Virus record (IMG/VR): IMGVR_UViG_3300042566_000678
Location: 84,236 to 148,235 of that record
Source: a virus
Strand: one strand, 5' to 3'
Length of the DNA stretch: 64,000 nucleotides
Positions 19,210 to 29,704 of the stretch are shown here, in pieces. The position numbers and the translations under genes were made by a program. The notes below the pieces were generated by a model. It had not been told where the DNA came from. It saw nothing but the letters and a program-made list of their open reading frames with translations, and searched no databases. Each line of letters starts with the position of its first letter. Position 1 is the first letter of the stretch.

Positions 19210-21444
19210 TTAATCCTGGTCAGGGTTTCCCTTATAGTATCTGTTTATAGAATGTAGGTAATCACTTGCTAATGCAGTTTTTGCCTGAACCCACGCTGGT
19301 ACATCAAAGTTTTCACCTTTTGATTGGATTGTTTGTTGAATACCTTGTGCCGATTCCATTGCGGATGTTATACTACTGATAAACATTCCACTCTCATCCG
19401 CAGTTGTATCCATATCTTCTACCACTGTATTTTCAGTCTTTATCTTTCTCTTTTGCTGAATTATACTTTGTATTTGTGAAAATATACTTTGTATATCCTT
19501 ATCCAATTGCTTCTCATCTGCGGACATCGGTGTTGTAATATCCACATTAGAATAAAGTTTCTTCTTTTTAGCAATTAGAACATCAACTTTTTTAATTAAA
19601 TCGTGTCTTACTTTATCCAAATCTTTAATGATAGCAGATGTATCTGTATCTTCTTTGATTACACCCTCTATTCTCAATCTATCAGTTACATTTGTTATTT
19701 CATCGTAATCGGAATTTCTCAATTCATCCTCAATATCTCTTCTACTTGCCTTTGGGTCTTTTAACAATATAGTTCCAATTTTCTTACGAGTGAATGAACC
19801 ACCCTTATCCCAAATTGCCATAATTGCTTTGAAATGCCAATCGTTTGTAGTTACTTCGGTTACTTCTTTCTTTGGTGCTTCTGCATTTGCGTCTGCTTTC
19901 TTTTGTTGAATACCAATTTGGTCTGCGAAATCATTTGATATTTTAACCAACTCTTTGATTGGCATATCAATTACTCTTACATTCATCATAGCAGGTTTAC
20001 CACTTGCTACCGCAGAAGATGTAACTGCTGCCCATCTGTGATGACCATCTAATACATATCCATCGTTTGATACATAGATTGGTGCAGTAATCTTTGGATG
20101 ATTGGGTTCTGTTTCCAATGCCTTTGTCATACCTGCTACCTTTGCCCCAACCAATTCAGTTTGAGTTGCTTTCAATTGGTCTGCTGCTACTTCTTGTGGT
20201 TCTGATACTTTTACACCATTCTTCTTTAATAGAACTTTGAATTGTGATTCTGTATCTACTTCACCATCATTATTTTTTGGTAATTTATCAGCGATTGAAC
20301 CTGGCTTTGCGTATCCTTTGAATTGTGGCATATCCTCACGAGGAATACCTTTGTTTCCTTTACAATATAAGTTAGTACCAGGAATTGTAATATCACATAG
20401 ATTAAAGTTTGGTGCTTTCTCACCTGCCGCTTTAGCTTCAGCTGCTGCTTTTGCTAATTGGTCTATCTTCATAGATACCATACTACGGAACTTTTGTGGA
20501 ATATCTTTGATGTGTGATTGTTTATCTACATCTAATTCAGGTCCTTTAGTTGAATTGTTTGAAACCTTATTTACTCTTTCCTTTGCCCAATTTTCTAAAT
20601 CGTTGGTAGAGTAATTGTTGGTTCTAAACTTACTTTCGTGTTCACTTTCACCACCAATCTTTGCCAATCTTTTTAATAGATTATCATATTGAGAGTCTTT
20701 TAATCCTAACGCAGATTGTGGGTCTTTTTCCCCTTTGATAAGTAGGTTCATTAGTTTTTCACCAGTAGTACCTTTTATATCTTCTAAATCTGATTTGATT
20801 TTTTTAGGTGATAAGTTGGAGGTTGGTTCTGCTTTTTGGGAATATTTAGCTATTATATCCTTTGCATATTTGTTACCAGGATTACCAACAACCGCAGTCA
20901 TAAAATCCATAGGTTTTAACTTTTTGGATTTCAAATCATCTGCCACTTTTGATAGGTTTACACCATTCTCATCTGCCCACCCTGCTACTGCTTGTGCTCT
21001 TAAACCAGTTGTGGATGCAATACCATTTACGGTTGCCATACCATCTACTTTAGGTTCTGCTTTTACCTCACCACCATTATCTGCTTTGGCTTTGGCTATA
21101 TCACTTGCCGATGGTTTTGAATGGATTGCCGGATTAGCTTTCTTTACTGAATATACATTACCAGTCTTCTTATTCTTTACTACCACATCTTCACCTAAAT
21201 TTACTGGCTCACCTGTTAATGCTTTTTCAAATGCAGCTTCTGCTCTATCTACCAACTCTTGATGATATTGCATTTCACTATGCAATGCAATCAATTGTGG
21301 TTTTAATTTAACCTTTGCATTGTGGTCACCAACCTTAAATTGGTCAATTAAAGCACGTTGTTCTTTTTGCTTTGCTTGATATTGTTGAACTGCTCTTTGG
21401 TATAGCTCTGATGCCTTCTTAAATTGAGATGATATATTTGCCAT
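19210..21444 (-). CDS. Large multidomain protein with a ParB/Srx-like domain, possibly virion-associated
   Basis: IYVSNDGYVLDGHHRWAA; coiled coils; C-terminal VPAWVQAK..ASDYL. Confidence 0.7.
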   Translation of the reverse strand: MANISSQFKKASELYQRAVQQYQAKQKEQRALIDQFKVGDHNAKVKLKPQLIALHSEMQYHQELVDRAEAAFEKALTGEPVNLGEDVVVKNKKTGNVYSVKKANPAIHSKPSASDIAKAKADNGGEVKAEPKVDGMATVNGIASTTGLRAQAVAGWADENGVNLSKVADDLKSKKLKPMDFMTAVVGNPGNKYAKDIIAKYSQKAEPTSNLSPKKIKSDLEDIKGTTGEKLMNLLIKGEKDPQSALGLKDSQYDNLLKRLAKIGGESEHESKFRTNNYSTNDLENWAKERVNKVSNNSTKGPELDVDKQSHIKDIPQKFRSMVSMKIDQLAKAAAEAKAAGEKAPNFNLCDITIPGTNLYCKGNKGIPREDMPQFKGYAKPGSIADKLPKNNDGEVDTESQFKVLLKKNGVKVSEPQEVAADQLKATQTELVGAKVAGMTKALETEPNHPKITAPIYVSNDGYVLDGHHRWAAVTSSAVASGKPAMMNVRVIDMPIKELVKISNDFADQIGIQQKKADANAEAPKKEVTEVTTNDWHFKAIMAIWDKGGSFTRKKIGTILLKDPKASRRDIEDELRNSDYDEITNVTDRLRIEGVIKEDTDTSAIIKDLDKVRHDLIKKVDVLIAKKKKLYSNVDITTPMSADEKQLDKDIQSIFSQIQSIIQQKRKIKTENTVVEDMDTTADESGMFISSITSAMESAQGIQQTIQSKGENFDVPAWVQAKTALASDYLHSINRYYKGNPDQD

Positions 21445-21447
21445 TTC

Positions 21448-21825
21448 TTATTTCAATGTTAGTAAATACTTTGTTTTATTACATTTTGCCATTAACTCAT
21501 CACGTAAGTTTAATAGGTCTGTATCTCTTCTTGCATCCAACACATCTGTAAGGTTGATTGCGGTTTCAATCATATCATCAATTGCAGTTATTACATTAGC
21601 ATCGCTGATATTTACAAAATCATAAGATAATCCAGCTACATCAACTCTACCATACTTACCCATAGCTGTTTCCGTAAACTCATCAACCAACTCTGTTATA
21701 GCATCAAATGCTTTACCCAATGCTTCGTGTTTTGCATAGATTTTAGTTTGCCAATGAAAGAACTTCAATGCGTTTGAAAAGTGTTGTGTATCTGCGATGT
21801 ATTGTTGTAAATCTTTATTTTCCAT
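21448..21825 (-). CDS. Ferritin/Dps-like four-helix protein
   Basis: FHWQT..YAKHEALG...DEFTETAMGKYGR, NLRDE...KYLLTL. Confidence 0.8.
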   Translation of the reverse strand: MENKDLQQYIADTQHFSNALKFFHWQTKIYAKHEALGKAFDAITELVDEFTETAMGKYGRVDVAGLSYDFVNISDANVITAIDDMIETAINLTDVLDARRDTDLLNLRDELMAKCNKTKYLLTLK

Positions 21826-22781
21826 TATCTAAAATTGTTTCTCGTTATCTTGCTTATTAAATCGTAATCTTTTGGGTCTAACTTTTTCTTCAAAACCTTT
21901 GCAAAATCTACTGTTCTTGGATGGGATACTGCGTGTTGAATATCTTCATCATTTTCTAATTCTTTTTCTAACTGGCGTATTCTACCCATATTCTTTAACG
22001 AAGTCCAAGCATTCTTAACACCCTGAATAGTACTCTTTATACCATTCATCGTTGCATCCTTTGATGATTTTAAGAACTCACCAATCATATATCTAATTAA
22101 AAATCTTAAAAAGAAACTACCCGCTGCTATACCAATCATTTGCAATCCACTCATTACAACATCCGATATATCTTCGTTTAGTTTAGATTCTGTTTGAACT
22201 TTTTTTTTTAAAATAGCTCTAACACTTTCCTTAATACTTTCAATTTGCTTTCTTTCGTAGTATAATTCTTTTAATGAATTGAATACTTGCTCACCATCTG
22301 CTACACCTTCTCTCCAACCACCACCTTTCTTCTCATACATTTTGATACGTTCAACAACAGGTCTACCTTCACAAACTTTACCAGTTGCGTTCCAAAGTAC
22401 TCTGTTAGTTGGTAGTGGAAAATTCTTTTGTGTTCTATTGTTTGGTAAATCTTGGATAGATGCTATGGTAGCATTTGGATTTACATCTGCCGATTCGGTT
22501 CTAAAACAACCACAACTTGCATCATATCCTTTTATAGTGTTTTCAGCACTAACGGGTAAAACAGCTGATGGTAAATCTTCATCTTCCAAATCTATTTTGT
22601 TTTCCTTCTTAACGTGGGTGGGTAAACCTTTGTGTTTTGTAGATGCAAAATCTTTTGCTGCTTTATCGGTCATAGAATCTGCCGCTTTCTCAACTTCTGG
22701 AGATGGGTTTTCTAAATCGCCTTTTTGGGCGGCATGAACCATTCCCATAAATCTTTGTTGTGCTTTACTAACTGACGGCAT
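21825..22781 (-). CDS. Protein with N-terminal DUF3008-like motif
   Basis: MPSVSKAQQRFMGMV...KDFASTKHKGLP. Confidence 0.7.
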   Translation of the reverse strand: MPSVSKAQQRFMGMVHAAQKGDLENPSPEVEKAADSMTDKAAKDFASTKHKGLPTHVKKENKIDLEDEDLPSAVLPVSAENTIKGYDASCGCFRTESADVNPNATIASIQDLPNNRTQKNFPLPTNRVLWNATGKVCEGRPVVERIKMYEKKGGGWREGVADGEQVFNSLKELYYERKQIESIKESVRAILKKKVQTESKLNEDISDVVMSGLQMIGIAAGSFFLRFLIRYMIGEFLKSSKDATMNGIKSTIQGVKNAWTSLKNMGRIRQLEKELENDEDIQHAVSHPRTVDFAKVLKKKLDPKDYDLISKITRNNFR

Positions 22782-22821
22782 ATCTTTTAATATATAGTTT
22801 TACCAATATAAATATATAGAT

Positions 22822-24018
22822 TTAAAGTTTAACTAATGATTTTTGATACTCCGTTAGTTTATTTACCGATATATCAAACACATCGTATTTGAATTTGCCC
22901 TCTGCCTTATTGTCAAACATCACCATAGGTAACATAGTTAGGAATCTAAATCTGTTTTGGTCTGCAAGTAAATCATCACAATTACACTTTACAACTACAT
23001 CGTTGTATGTTGCACCATCTAATGGTTTGAACTTATTATTTATATCAATGTTGGTAAATCGTAGTTCACTAGCCAAATAATCAACTGCTATTTCAGTATC
23101 ACAATGGATAGTTGAAAAGTATGGTTCTAAATAACCAATTACATCTTCTCTTGCATTTTCCAGCACTAAACCAATATCATACTTTGGAACAATTGTTGGG
23201 TATTGATATTCATCATACAATGGAGTTGTTCCCCATTTACGAATGAACTCTCTTGTCTGTCTCATAGCTAGGTAATTCCAATCATCACTTTTCTTTTGTA
23301 AATCATCCGTTTGATTTGCGTGTTCAAATTGTCCACCTCTACAAGTCAAATGATAAACCAATGCATTCCAAGGTTGTACGAAATCAAAACCATTTAATAG
23401 GAAACGATTGAACAAATCTCTATCCTCACTATGTGATTTCATAATTGGGTCATGCCCACCCACCGATAAGAAATCTTCTCTAGCTATCAACCAAGGAGCA
23501 AACACTCCCTTCGTTGTTCTATCATTATCTAAATTATGTTCTACGAAATCATTAAATCTCTGTTTCATAAAACCATCCTTCACATTTTCTTCTGGCCACA
23601 ATCCAAAGTTTTCAACTATCTTTGCTGGGTCTGCTGGATGTAATGGTGGTTCGATTCTTGTAGCTGATACTACCAATCCTTTCTGCCAATTCTTATATAG
23701 ATTTAAATCCATATCTTTACCCGCCAACATATCTGCATGATATATAACTACGAACTCCGTAGTTGCTTTCTCTACTAATAAGTTGTATGCATTACCAATA
23801 CCATATAATTCTGTATGTGGGTTCTTATGGAAATCTACACCATTCTCCTTACACCAATTCTCCGTACCATCATTATCAGCATCAATGAATACTAATATCT
23901 TATGGGTTTTATTATAGCAGTTATCTCTAATATACTGAACTGCGTGTTTTAAGTATCGTAAGTTATTCTTACTGGTGATACAAAATGTAAAATCTGGTAT
24001 TATTTCTATTGTTTCCAT
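22822..24018 (-). CDS. Glycosyltransferase family 2
   Basis: DNDGT, YHADM, GGHDP..SEDRDL. Confidence 0.85.
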   Translation of the reverse strand: METIEIIPDFTFCITSKNNLRYLKHAVQYIRDNCYNKTHKILVFIDADNDGTENWCKENGVDFHKNPHTELYGIGNAYNLLVEKATTEFVVIYHADMLAGKDMDLNLYKNWQKGLVVSATRIEPPLHPADPAKIVENFGLWPEENVKDGFMKQRFNDFVEHNLDNDRTTKGVFAPWLIAREDFLSVGGHDPIMKSHSEDRDLFNRFLLNGFDFVQPWNALVYHLTCRGGQFEHANQTDDLQKKSDDWNYLAMRQTREFIRKWGTTPLYDEYQYPTIVPKYDIGLVLENAREDVIGYLEPYFSTIHCDTEIAVDYLASELRFTNIDINNKFKPLDGATYNDVVVKCNCDDLLADQNRFRFLTMLPMVMFDNKAEGKFKYDVFDISVNKLTEYQKSLVKL

Positions 24019-24665
24019 TATTCTCCTACGTCTACCACGTGTCTATCCCAACCAATATGCTTACAATATCCTTCTGTGAATATCATTGCAAAGTATTCTC
24101 TTTCGTAATAGTATTTACTTATTTCTAACTCTCTACCAATTGGTGTGTACCCATCTTTTGGATAATCTACCAACTTTCGTAGTGATGGGTTGAATGTGAA
24201 TCCATGCCAATGTCCATCAAATCCCCAAATCAATCTACGAACTCCCTTACCATTTACATCATAGGTTGGGTCTATGGATGGGTGTGGTGTATCGTTAGGG
24301 TCTCTTGTCCATACACATATAATCTTTTCATCCAAATCAATTACATCCAAACAAGCCTCAATGAATCCTTCTTTGTAGAACTCCCAATCTTCTTCCATAT
24401 GGAAAATGTATGGGGTTGTTATCATAGTATATGCTTTATCTATACTACGAACTTGACCTATGTTTTTAGGATTATCTATAAACTTAATTAATGGGTACTT
24501 TTTAATCAAGTCATTATTGCAACCAACCACACCACTATCATCAATCACTATAAACTTTTTGATTGGATGTGTGTTAAACTTATGGAAACTATCCAAAGTT
24601 TTCTCTAACAAATCTGGTCTGTTACATGATGTAACTACAACTGAAACCTCTTTAAAGTCCTTCAT
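24018..24665 (-). CDS. Glycosyltransferase family 2
   Basis: TSCNRPDLL, IDDS, HMEEDW, FTFNPSL. Confidence 0.85.
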   Translation of the reverse strand: MKDFKEVSVVVTSCNRPDLLEKTLDSFHKFNTHPIKKFIVIDDSGVVGCNNDLIKKYPLIKFIDNPKNIGQVRSIDKAYTMITTPYIFHMEEDWEFYKEGFIEACLDVIDLDEKIICVWTRDPNDTPHPSIDPTYDVNGKGVRRLIWGFDGHWHGFTFNPSLRKLVDYPKDGYTPIGRELEISKYYYEREYFAMIFTEGYCKHIGWDRHVVDVGE

Positions 24666-25278
24666 AGAAATCGTTTTGTTTTCTTTGACGTTCTATATCT
24701 TTAATATGTTTGATTGAATATACCTCTTCCGTTGGGAATATAGAATAGGAATCATATCCCTGTACCTTCTCATGTACTTTACCTGCCCAAAAGATGTTTT
24801 GTTTGTTTCGATACAATCTACCTTGTACATCTGGATAATTTACCCAACCTTGCTCATTAACTTGCCATCTCCATTTTGCAATATCCTCCGGTGTTAAACC
24901 ATTTACGATGTTGATTCGTGGTAGCCAGAACATATCTATCTCTGGGTTTCCCTCTAATATAGTATGTAGGTTTTCTATAAGTGTTGGGTCTAAATCTTCA
25001 TCTGCATCTAATTGGAAAATCCAATCACCACTACAATTTTGATTTAGATGTTGTTTGAATTGCCCAAAATCCCCATTTAGTGGGAATGATACTAAACGTT
25101 GGATTGAACTATCTATTACAGATTTATTTAGATATTCAACTACCTCCACCGTTGCTTTTGGTGAATCGAATTGAACTACGATTTCATCTTCTTCTCTTTT
25201 GTGTGAAGATAAACGTGTTATAAGGTTTTGTATCTCAACTATCTCATTGGATACTGTAACTGCGTAACTTATTTTCAT
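24652..25278 (-). CDS. Glycosyltransferase family 2
   Basis: WIFQLDADE, YPDVQGRL, VHE. Confidence 0.88.
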   Translation of the reverse strand: MKISYAVTVSNEIVEIQNLITRLSSHKREEDEIVVQFDSPKATVEVVEYLNKSVIDSSIQRLVSFPLNGDFGQFKQHLNQNCSGDWIFQLDADEDLDPTLIENLHTILEGNPEIDMFWLPRINIVNGLTPEDIAKWRWQVNEQGWVNYPDVQGRLYRNKQNIFWAGKVHEKVQGYDSYSIFPTEEVYSIKHIKDIERQRKQNDFYEGL

Positions 25279-25286
25279 AATCTATT

Positions 25287-25820
25287 TTATTGTCTACCAA
25301 CTGGCTTTATTTCAAGTCCAATTTTCTTACCTAATTTTTCTACATTGAAATACACTTCACTCAATCTTTTTAATCCTGGTATTTTATAGGTTCTATAACA
25401 ATCGTAGTTTTTAAGTAGTGTATTATTTTTAACTTGCTTTTGATAAAATGCAGCTCCTGTCCTATCTATCTTTATAGCTTTAGCTTCTTTACTATATTGT
25501 AGATTTTCGGATAGTTCTGTATTAGTATCTTGTATATCTTTTAATAGTGCTACAACGTATAAAGGTTCTTGTATTTTCTGCATCAATTGAGTAAATACCC
25601 TTAAAGGTATTGCGTTTAACTTAATGCAATGTACTAATTTATCGCCTCTGTTAAAACCCAATACCAATAAGAGTGGAGTCTGCGAACCCCCATATGCTTT
25701 TGTTTTACCACTTACATAATCATACCCATATAATCTATAAAACCCACCATTTTTTATTTGGTTTTTTGTAGTGTTTCTTTCTAAATAGAAATATGGAATA
25801 TAATAATATAGGTTATTCAT
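25287..25820 (-). CDS. Hypothetical protein
   Basis: ORF track; inside the GT cluster. Confidence 0.65.
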   Translation of the reverse strand: MNNLYYYIPYFYLERNTTKNQIKNGGFYRLYGYDYVSGKTKAYGGSQTPLLLVLGFNRGDKLVHCIKLNAIPLRVFTQLMQKIQEPLYVVALLKDIQDTNTELSENLQYSKEAKAIKIDRTGAAFYQKQVKNNTLLKNYDCYRTYKIPGLKRLSEVYFNVEKLGKKIGLEIKPVGRQ

Positions 25821-27078
25821 TTACTTTTGTCAACTTTGGGATATTCAACGGAATAAATTGTTTTATTGTTGGAACGTATTTAGTTAAAATACCATCAAAC
25901 AAAGTAGTCATTTTTTCTAAACCAAAATTTTGTTGGTTTTGTTTTCCTAATTGTTGAGATGCTGTTTTGTACTTATCGTATCCCTTATAAATATCGGTAA
26001 ATGTTTTAATTGCTCCGGTGTAATTCACATAGAACCATTTAGTTCCTTCCAAAATGAATTGGTCTTGTGCTGATGGGTGTACATCTTTCAACTCACCATC
26101 TAACAATACTGCACCTTTATTTAAGAAATCCAAATGCCCACTCCAATTAGATGCAATTACGGGCTTACCTGTCAAACTGAACTCTAATAATGGTCTACCA
26201 AATCCTTCACCATGTGTAAACGAAACCATAGTTTTTACCTTTGGATGTTGGTATAGTGCGTTCATTTCTGAATCACTTAACTCACCATGCAGTAAATAGA
26301 TAGATGGGATGTTCTTACCAAACTCTTCCGTAACCTCTTCTAATTTACCCATAGTTGCTTCTCTATCCATTACAGAGAAACCCGCTGATGATGTTTTAAG
26401 GATTAGTGCAGGTGCGTTCTTTTGCCCTCTAAATGCGTGACAGAATGATTTAATCATCATACCTACATCTTTTCTATCGTGCCCCAAATCACCTTTCAAC
26501 CAATGCCCTACAAATAGGAATGCAAAATCTTCTTTGATTTTATCCAACTCTGGTAATTCAACTTCTGCTTTCTTACCAAAGAACTCTTCGTTGTATCCCT
26601 CAAATAAAACCTCAACCGGCTTTTCTAATTTATGTTCTTTAACTACTCGTTGTGTGTTTCTATCAGTTTCACTATAAATAGTTTTAACTAATACATCTTT
26701 AGAAAACTCCGATGGTACAATAATCATATCCATACGATTACACCCTGCAATAAAATCAACAGAACAAGCCGTAGTTTCTATACCAGCAGTAATACCAATA
26801 TTATATGTACCCATTGGTTGGAACTCATTTGGTACAGTCACTTGCATATACACATCTGGCTTACGTTCTACACCAGCCACAATTCTTTTAATAATATCTT
26901 CATCATTACCAGTTAATGCAGTCATCGGTGTTGCTCCCCATCTGGTAGATATAATACGAACATCGTACTTATCCAATTTGATTAGAGAACGAACCAAATC
27001 TCGTGCATGGTCCCCATAACCACTCCTTGTGGCTACGGGTCCTTGAAATAATAGTAAAGGTTTTTTAACTTCTGCCAT
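25813..27078 (-). CDS. Glycosyltransferase family 4 (GT-B)
   Basis: SGYG, GEGFGRPLLE, PVIASNWSGHLDF. Confidence 0.9.
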   Translation of the reverse strand: MAEVKKPLLLFQGPVATRSGYGDHARDLVRSLIKLDKYDVRIISTRWGATPMTALTGNDEDIIKRIVAGVERKPDVYMQVTVPNEFQPMGTYNIGITAGIETTACSVDFIAGCNRMDMIIVPSEFSKDVLVKTIYSETDRNTQRVVKEHKLEKPVEVLFEGYNEEFFGKKAEVELPELDKIKEDFAFLFVGHWLKGDLGHDRKDVGMMIKSFCHAFRGQKNAPALILKTSSAGFSVMDREATMGKLEEVTEEFGKNIPSIYLLHGELSDSEMNALYQHPKVKTMVSFTHGEGFGRPLLEFSLTGKPVIASNWSGHLDFLNKGAVLLDGELKDVHPSAQDQFILEGTKWFYVNYTGAIKTFTDIYKGYDKYKTASQQLGKQNQQNFGLEKMTTLFDGILTKYVPTIKQFIPLNIPKLTKVNE

Positions 27079-27081
27079 AAC

Positions 27082-28476
27082 TTATTTAATATCTAATGTA
27101 AAAATCTCGTGTTTCTTTCTCGGTGTAAAGTTTTCTAATGCATCATTGATTCCATCGGTCATAGTTTTACACATATTCTCTAATGATAATCCACCTTCGC
27201 CTAATGCCCACTCTCTACCTTTTAATCCTAACGCCTTTCTTTCTTCTCTACCCATATTGTAGAACTCACTTAATGCCGATGTTACCTCATAAGTATCAAC
27301 GTGGTCTTCCATAATGTATGGTGTTGGTGGTGAACCTGTATAAGAACGAGAACGGCTCCATACTGGAATTACCCAATCTCCCCAAGTTACTTTATCTTCA
27401 AACTTTCTCCAATCGTGCAAAGAACCAATCTCCACATAATCTTCTTCGTTTAATGCTACACCACTATCTTTCCAACGGAAACCACATTGGTCTTGCAATC
27501 CACCAGTTACATTTACAATGACAGGTGTTCCTGCTACGATACTTTCTGCACTAGCCAATCCAAATCCTTCTGCTGATGAAATGTTTAAAGTAACATCTGC
27601 TATATTGTATAACTGATTTAATTGCTGCTCATTCCACTTTCTATCATCAAATATCACATTGATACCCGGAGCTAAATCTGCTACTACCTTCGGTAAATCC
27701 GTACCATTCTCATCTACCTTTTGTGTGTGCATCAATAAAGCACATTTATCACGTTTTTCTTCTGGTAGATTATTTACAAAATCTCTAAAAGATACAATCA
27801 CATCAATTGCCTGCTTTCTACGGATGTTTCGGTTGTTCCAATATGCTACAAAATCATATTTTTTATCACCCAATACCTCTTTGTAGAATTTATCATCAAT
27901 TTGAGTTGGTTTGTAATCTACATCGTTTATACCGTGTGGTACATACTTTACTTGCCAATCAGCAGGTTGTTTCCAACGTGATTTTGCATCCATTCCCCAT
28001 ACTCTACGAGTAATCCCATAGGTTTGTCTTGAAATAGTACCTACCCAATCACAACTCTCTAAATAATCTCTGTTGTATTGTGGGTCTGGTAAATCATCCC
28101 AAATGTGATAGAATAAAATTGGGATGTTTTGACGAATCTCATGCTCAATTTGATATAACCAAATCCAATACCTAGGGTCTGTAAAGTGTAGGATTGCATC
28201 TGGGTTTTCCATATTGATGATTTGACGTAACGAATCCGCAGTACCATATCCTGATGATGGGTAGATTTTTACATATGCATCTTCGATACCCGTTCTCTTA
28301 CGGACATCTTCACACAAATCCATAATCTTACCTTCTTCCGGATGTTTTACTGCTGCTCCGATTTGCACCCAATCGAAATCTTTTAATGTACCTAATACGA
28401 ATTGCTTTGACATATTTGCAATACCACTTGCCATCCGTAGGTCGTCTGATAGTAACAATATCTTCTTTTTTGCCAT
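27082..28476 (-). CDS. Glycosyltransferase family 4 (GT-B)
   Basis: VPHGI, NRNIRRK, EGFGLASAE, TGGLQDQ. Confidence 0.9.
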   Translation of the reverse strand: MAKKKILLLSDDLRMASGIANMSKQFVLGTLKDFDWVQIGAAVKHPEEGKIMDLCEDVRKRTGIEDAYVKIYPSSGYGTADSLRQIINMENPDAILHFTDPRYWIWLYQIEHEIRQNIPILFYHIWDDLPDPQYNRDYLESCDWVGTISRQTYGITRRVWGMDAKSRWKQPADWQVKYVPHGINDVDYKPTQIDDKFYKEVLGDKKYDFVAYWNNRNIRRKQAIDVIVSFRDFVNNLPEEKRDKCALLMHTQKVDENGTDLPKVVADLAPGINVIFDDRKWNEQQLNQLYNIADVTLNISSAEGFGLASAESIVAGTPVIVNVTGGLQDQCGFRWKDSGVALNEEDYVEIGSLHDWRKFEDKVTWGDWVIPVWSRSRSYTGSPPTPYIMEDHVDTYEVTSALSEFYNMGREERKALGLKGREWALGEGGLSLENMCKTMTDGINDALENFTPRKKHEIFTLDIK

Positions 28477-28482
28477 AATTTG

Positions 28483-28686
28483 TTAAAACGCTGAACCGCT
28501 TAATTGTAACTGATTGTAATTGTTTAATTTGTTTTTGTAATCTTCATCATTCAGATAAAGTTTTATACTCCGATTTACTAATTTTTGTAACGTTATTCCG
28601 TTTTCACTTATTGACGAAACCCTAAATGTTTGGTATAAATCAGAGATTATCTTTACCGAAGTCAGTTTAGTTTCTGCTTTTTTCAT
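28483..28686 (-). CDS. Small ribbon-helix-helix-like DNA-binding protein
   Basis: LTSVKI..DLYQTF...TLQKLVNRSIKLY. Confidence 0.6.
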   Translation of the reverse strand: MKKAETKLTSVKIISDLYQTFRVSSISENGITLQKLVNRSIKLYLNDEDYKNKLNNYNQLQLSGSAF

Positions 28687-28753
28687 AATAACCCTCTATA
28701 TATTTGTATATATAAATATACAAAAAATAAAAAATCATACAAAAAAAATTAAA

Positions 28754-29623
28754 TTATTTTTGCCGAGCTGGACACCTATCCTTAAACTCACAGAATCTAC
28801 AATTTTTATTACCCTCACCTGGATTTGGTGTGTAATCCGCATCTAAATTATCTGTACCATCTTCGTTAAATACCGAATCTACGAATCTCATAAAGTCTTT
28901 AACCGCACGAGCCACCGATGGACCACCATTAGCAGGAACTAATTTAGATATGCGTGGTATAGTATATTCCGTATTCTCACTAATTTTTCGTTTAATGATT
29001 TGGAACTCGACTTGTATCCTGTCTATCGGGTGATTGTACTGCTCTGAATAATAATGTTTGTATAATAGTAATTGGTTTAGTTTAGTTTTGTCCGCCTTCT
29101 GTTCCTTTGTCCAACCACGCGTAGATGTTTTGAAATCAACAATCTTTAATAGGTTGAACTCTTTGTGGCGGGTTACTATATCCAAATATCCTAACATAGA
29201 TACATTGGGTTTTAGTTGGATGTTTAGGGGTAATTCTATACCTACCAACTCCCAACCTTTCTTTGCGAAGAAGTCATCACTATTTTTCTTAAAGTACTCC
29301 AAACAAATGACTCCATCGTTATAGAACTCCATAAGTTCCTCTTTGGAACATACGAACTTGCCTTCCTCAAACCCTTCATGCTCTTTCTTAAAAGTATCTA
29401 CAAGCCTTTCTTTAAGTAAAGCAGGTAAATCTATTTCGTTGGCCTCTTTCTTTGTCTTATTGTAGAATATACTCAAATAATGTTGTAGGGTTTCGTGAAA
29501 TGCAGTACCAAAGATTGTGTGAATACTACCAGAGTAGACACCTAACTTATCAATGTAGTTGAACTTGTACTGCTGCGGGCAGGTGGTGTACATTGAATAC
29601 CGTGAATAGGATACGCGAGCCAT
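28754..29623 (-). CDS. PD-(D/E)XK RecB/Cas4-like exonuclease
   Basis: CPQQY, GTAFH, GYLD, DFKT, QLLLY, CRFC...C; start re-called to MARVSYS. Confidence 0.9.
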   Translation of the reverse strand: MARVSYSRYSMYTTCPQQYKFNYIDKLGVYSGSIHTIFGTAFHETLQHYLSIFYNKTKKEANEIDLPALLKERLVDTFKKEHEGFEEGKFVCSKEELMEFYNDGVICLEYFKKNSDDFFAKKGWELVGIELPLNIQLKPNVSMLGYLDIVTRHKEFNLLKIVDFKTSTRGWTKEQKADKTKLNQLLLYKHYYSEQYNHPIDRIQVEFQIIKRKISENTEYTIPRISKLVPANGGPSVARAVKDFMRFVDSVFNEDGTDNLDADYTPNPGEGNKNCRFCEFKDRCPARQK

Positions 29624-29704
29624 AATATTTTCTTTAAGTACAAATATACAAAAAAGACTTGGGATTACCAAGTCTTTCTCATGTTATTTTTAACTTATTT
29701 AATA

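Noticed and set aside
28754-29623. Cas4 as part of a CRISPR system
   Set aside because: A solo PD-(D/E)XK exonuclease is common in phages, and no array or other cas genes were seen.
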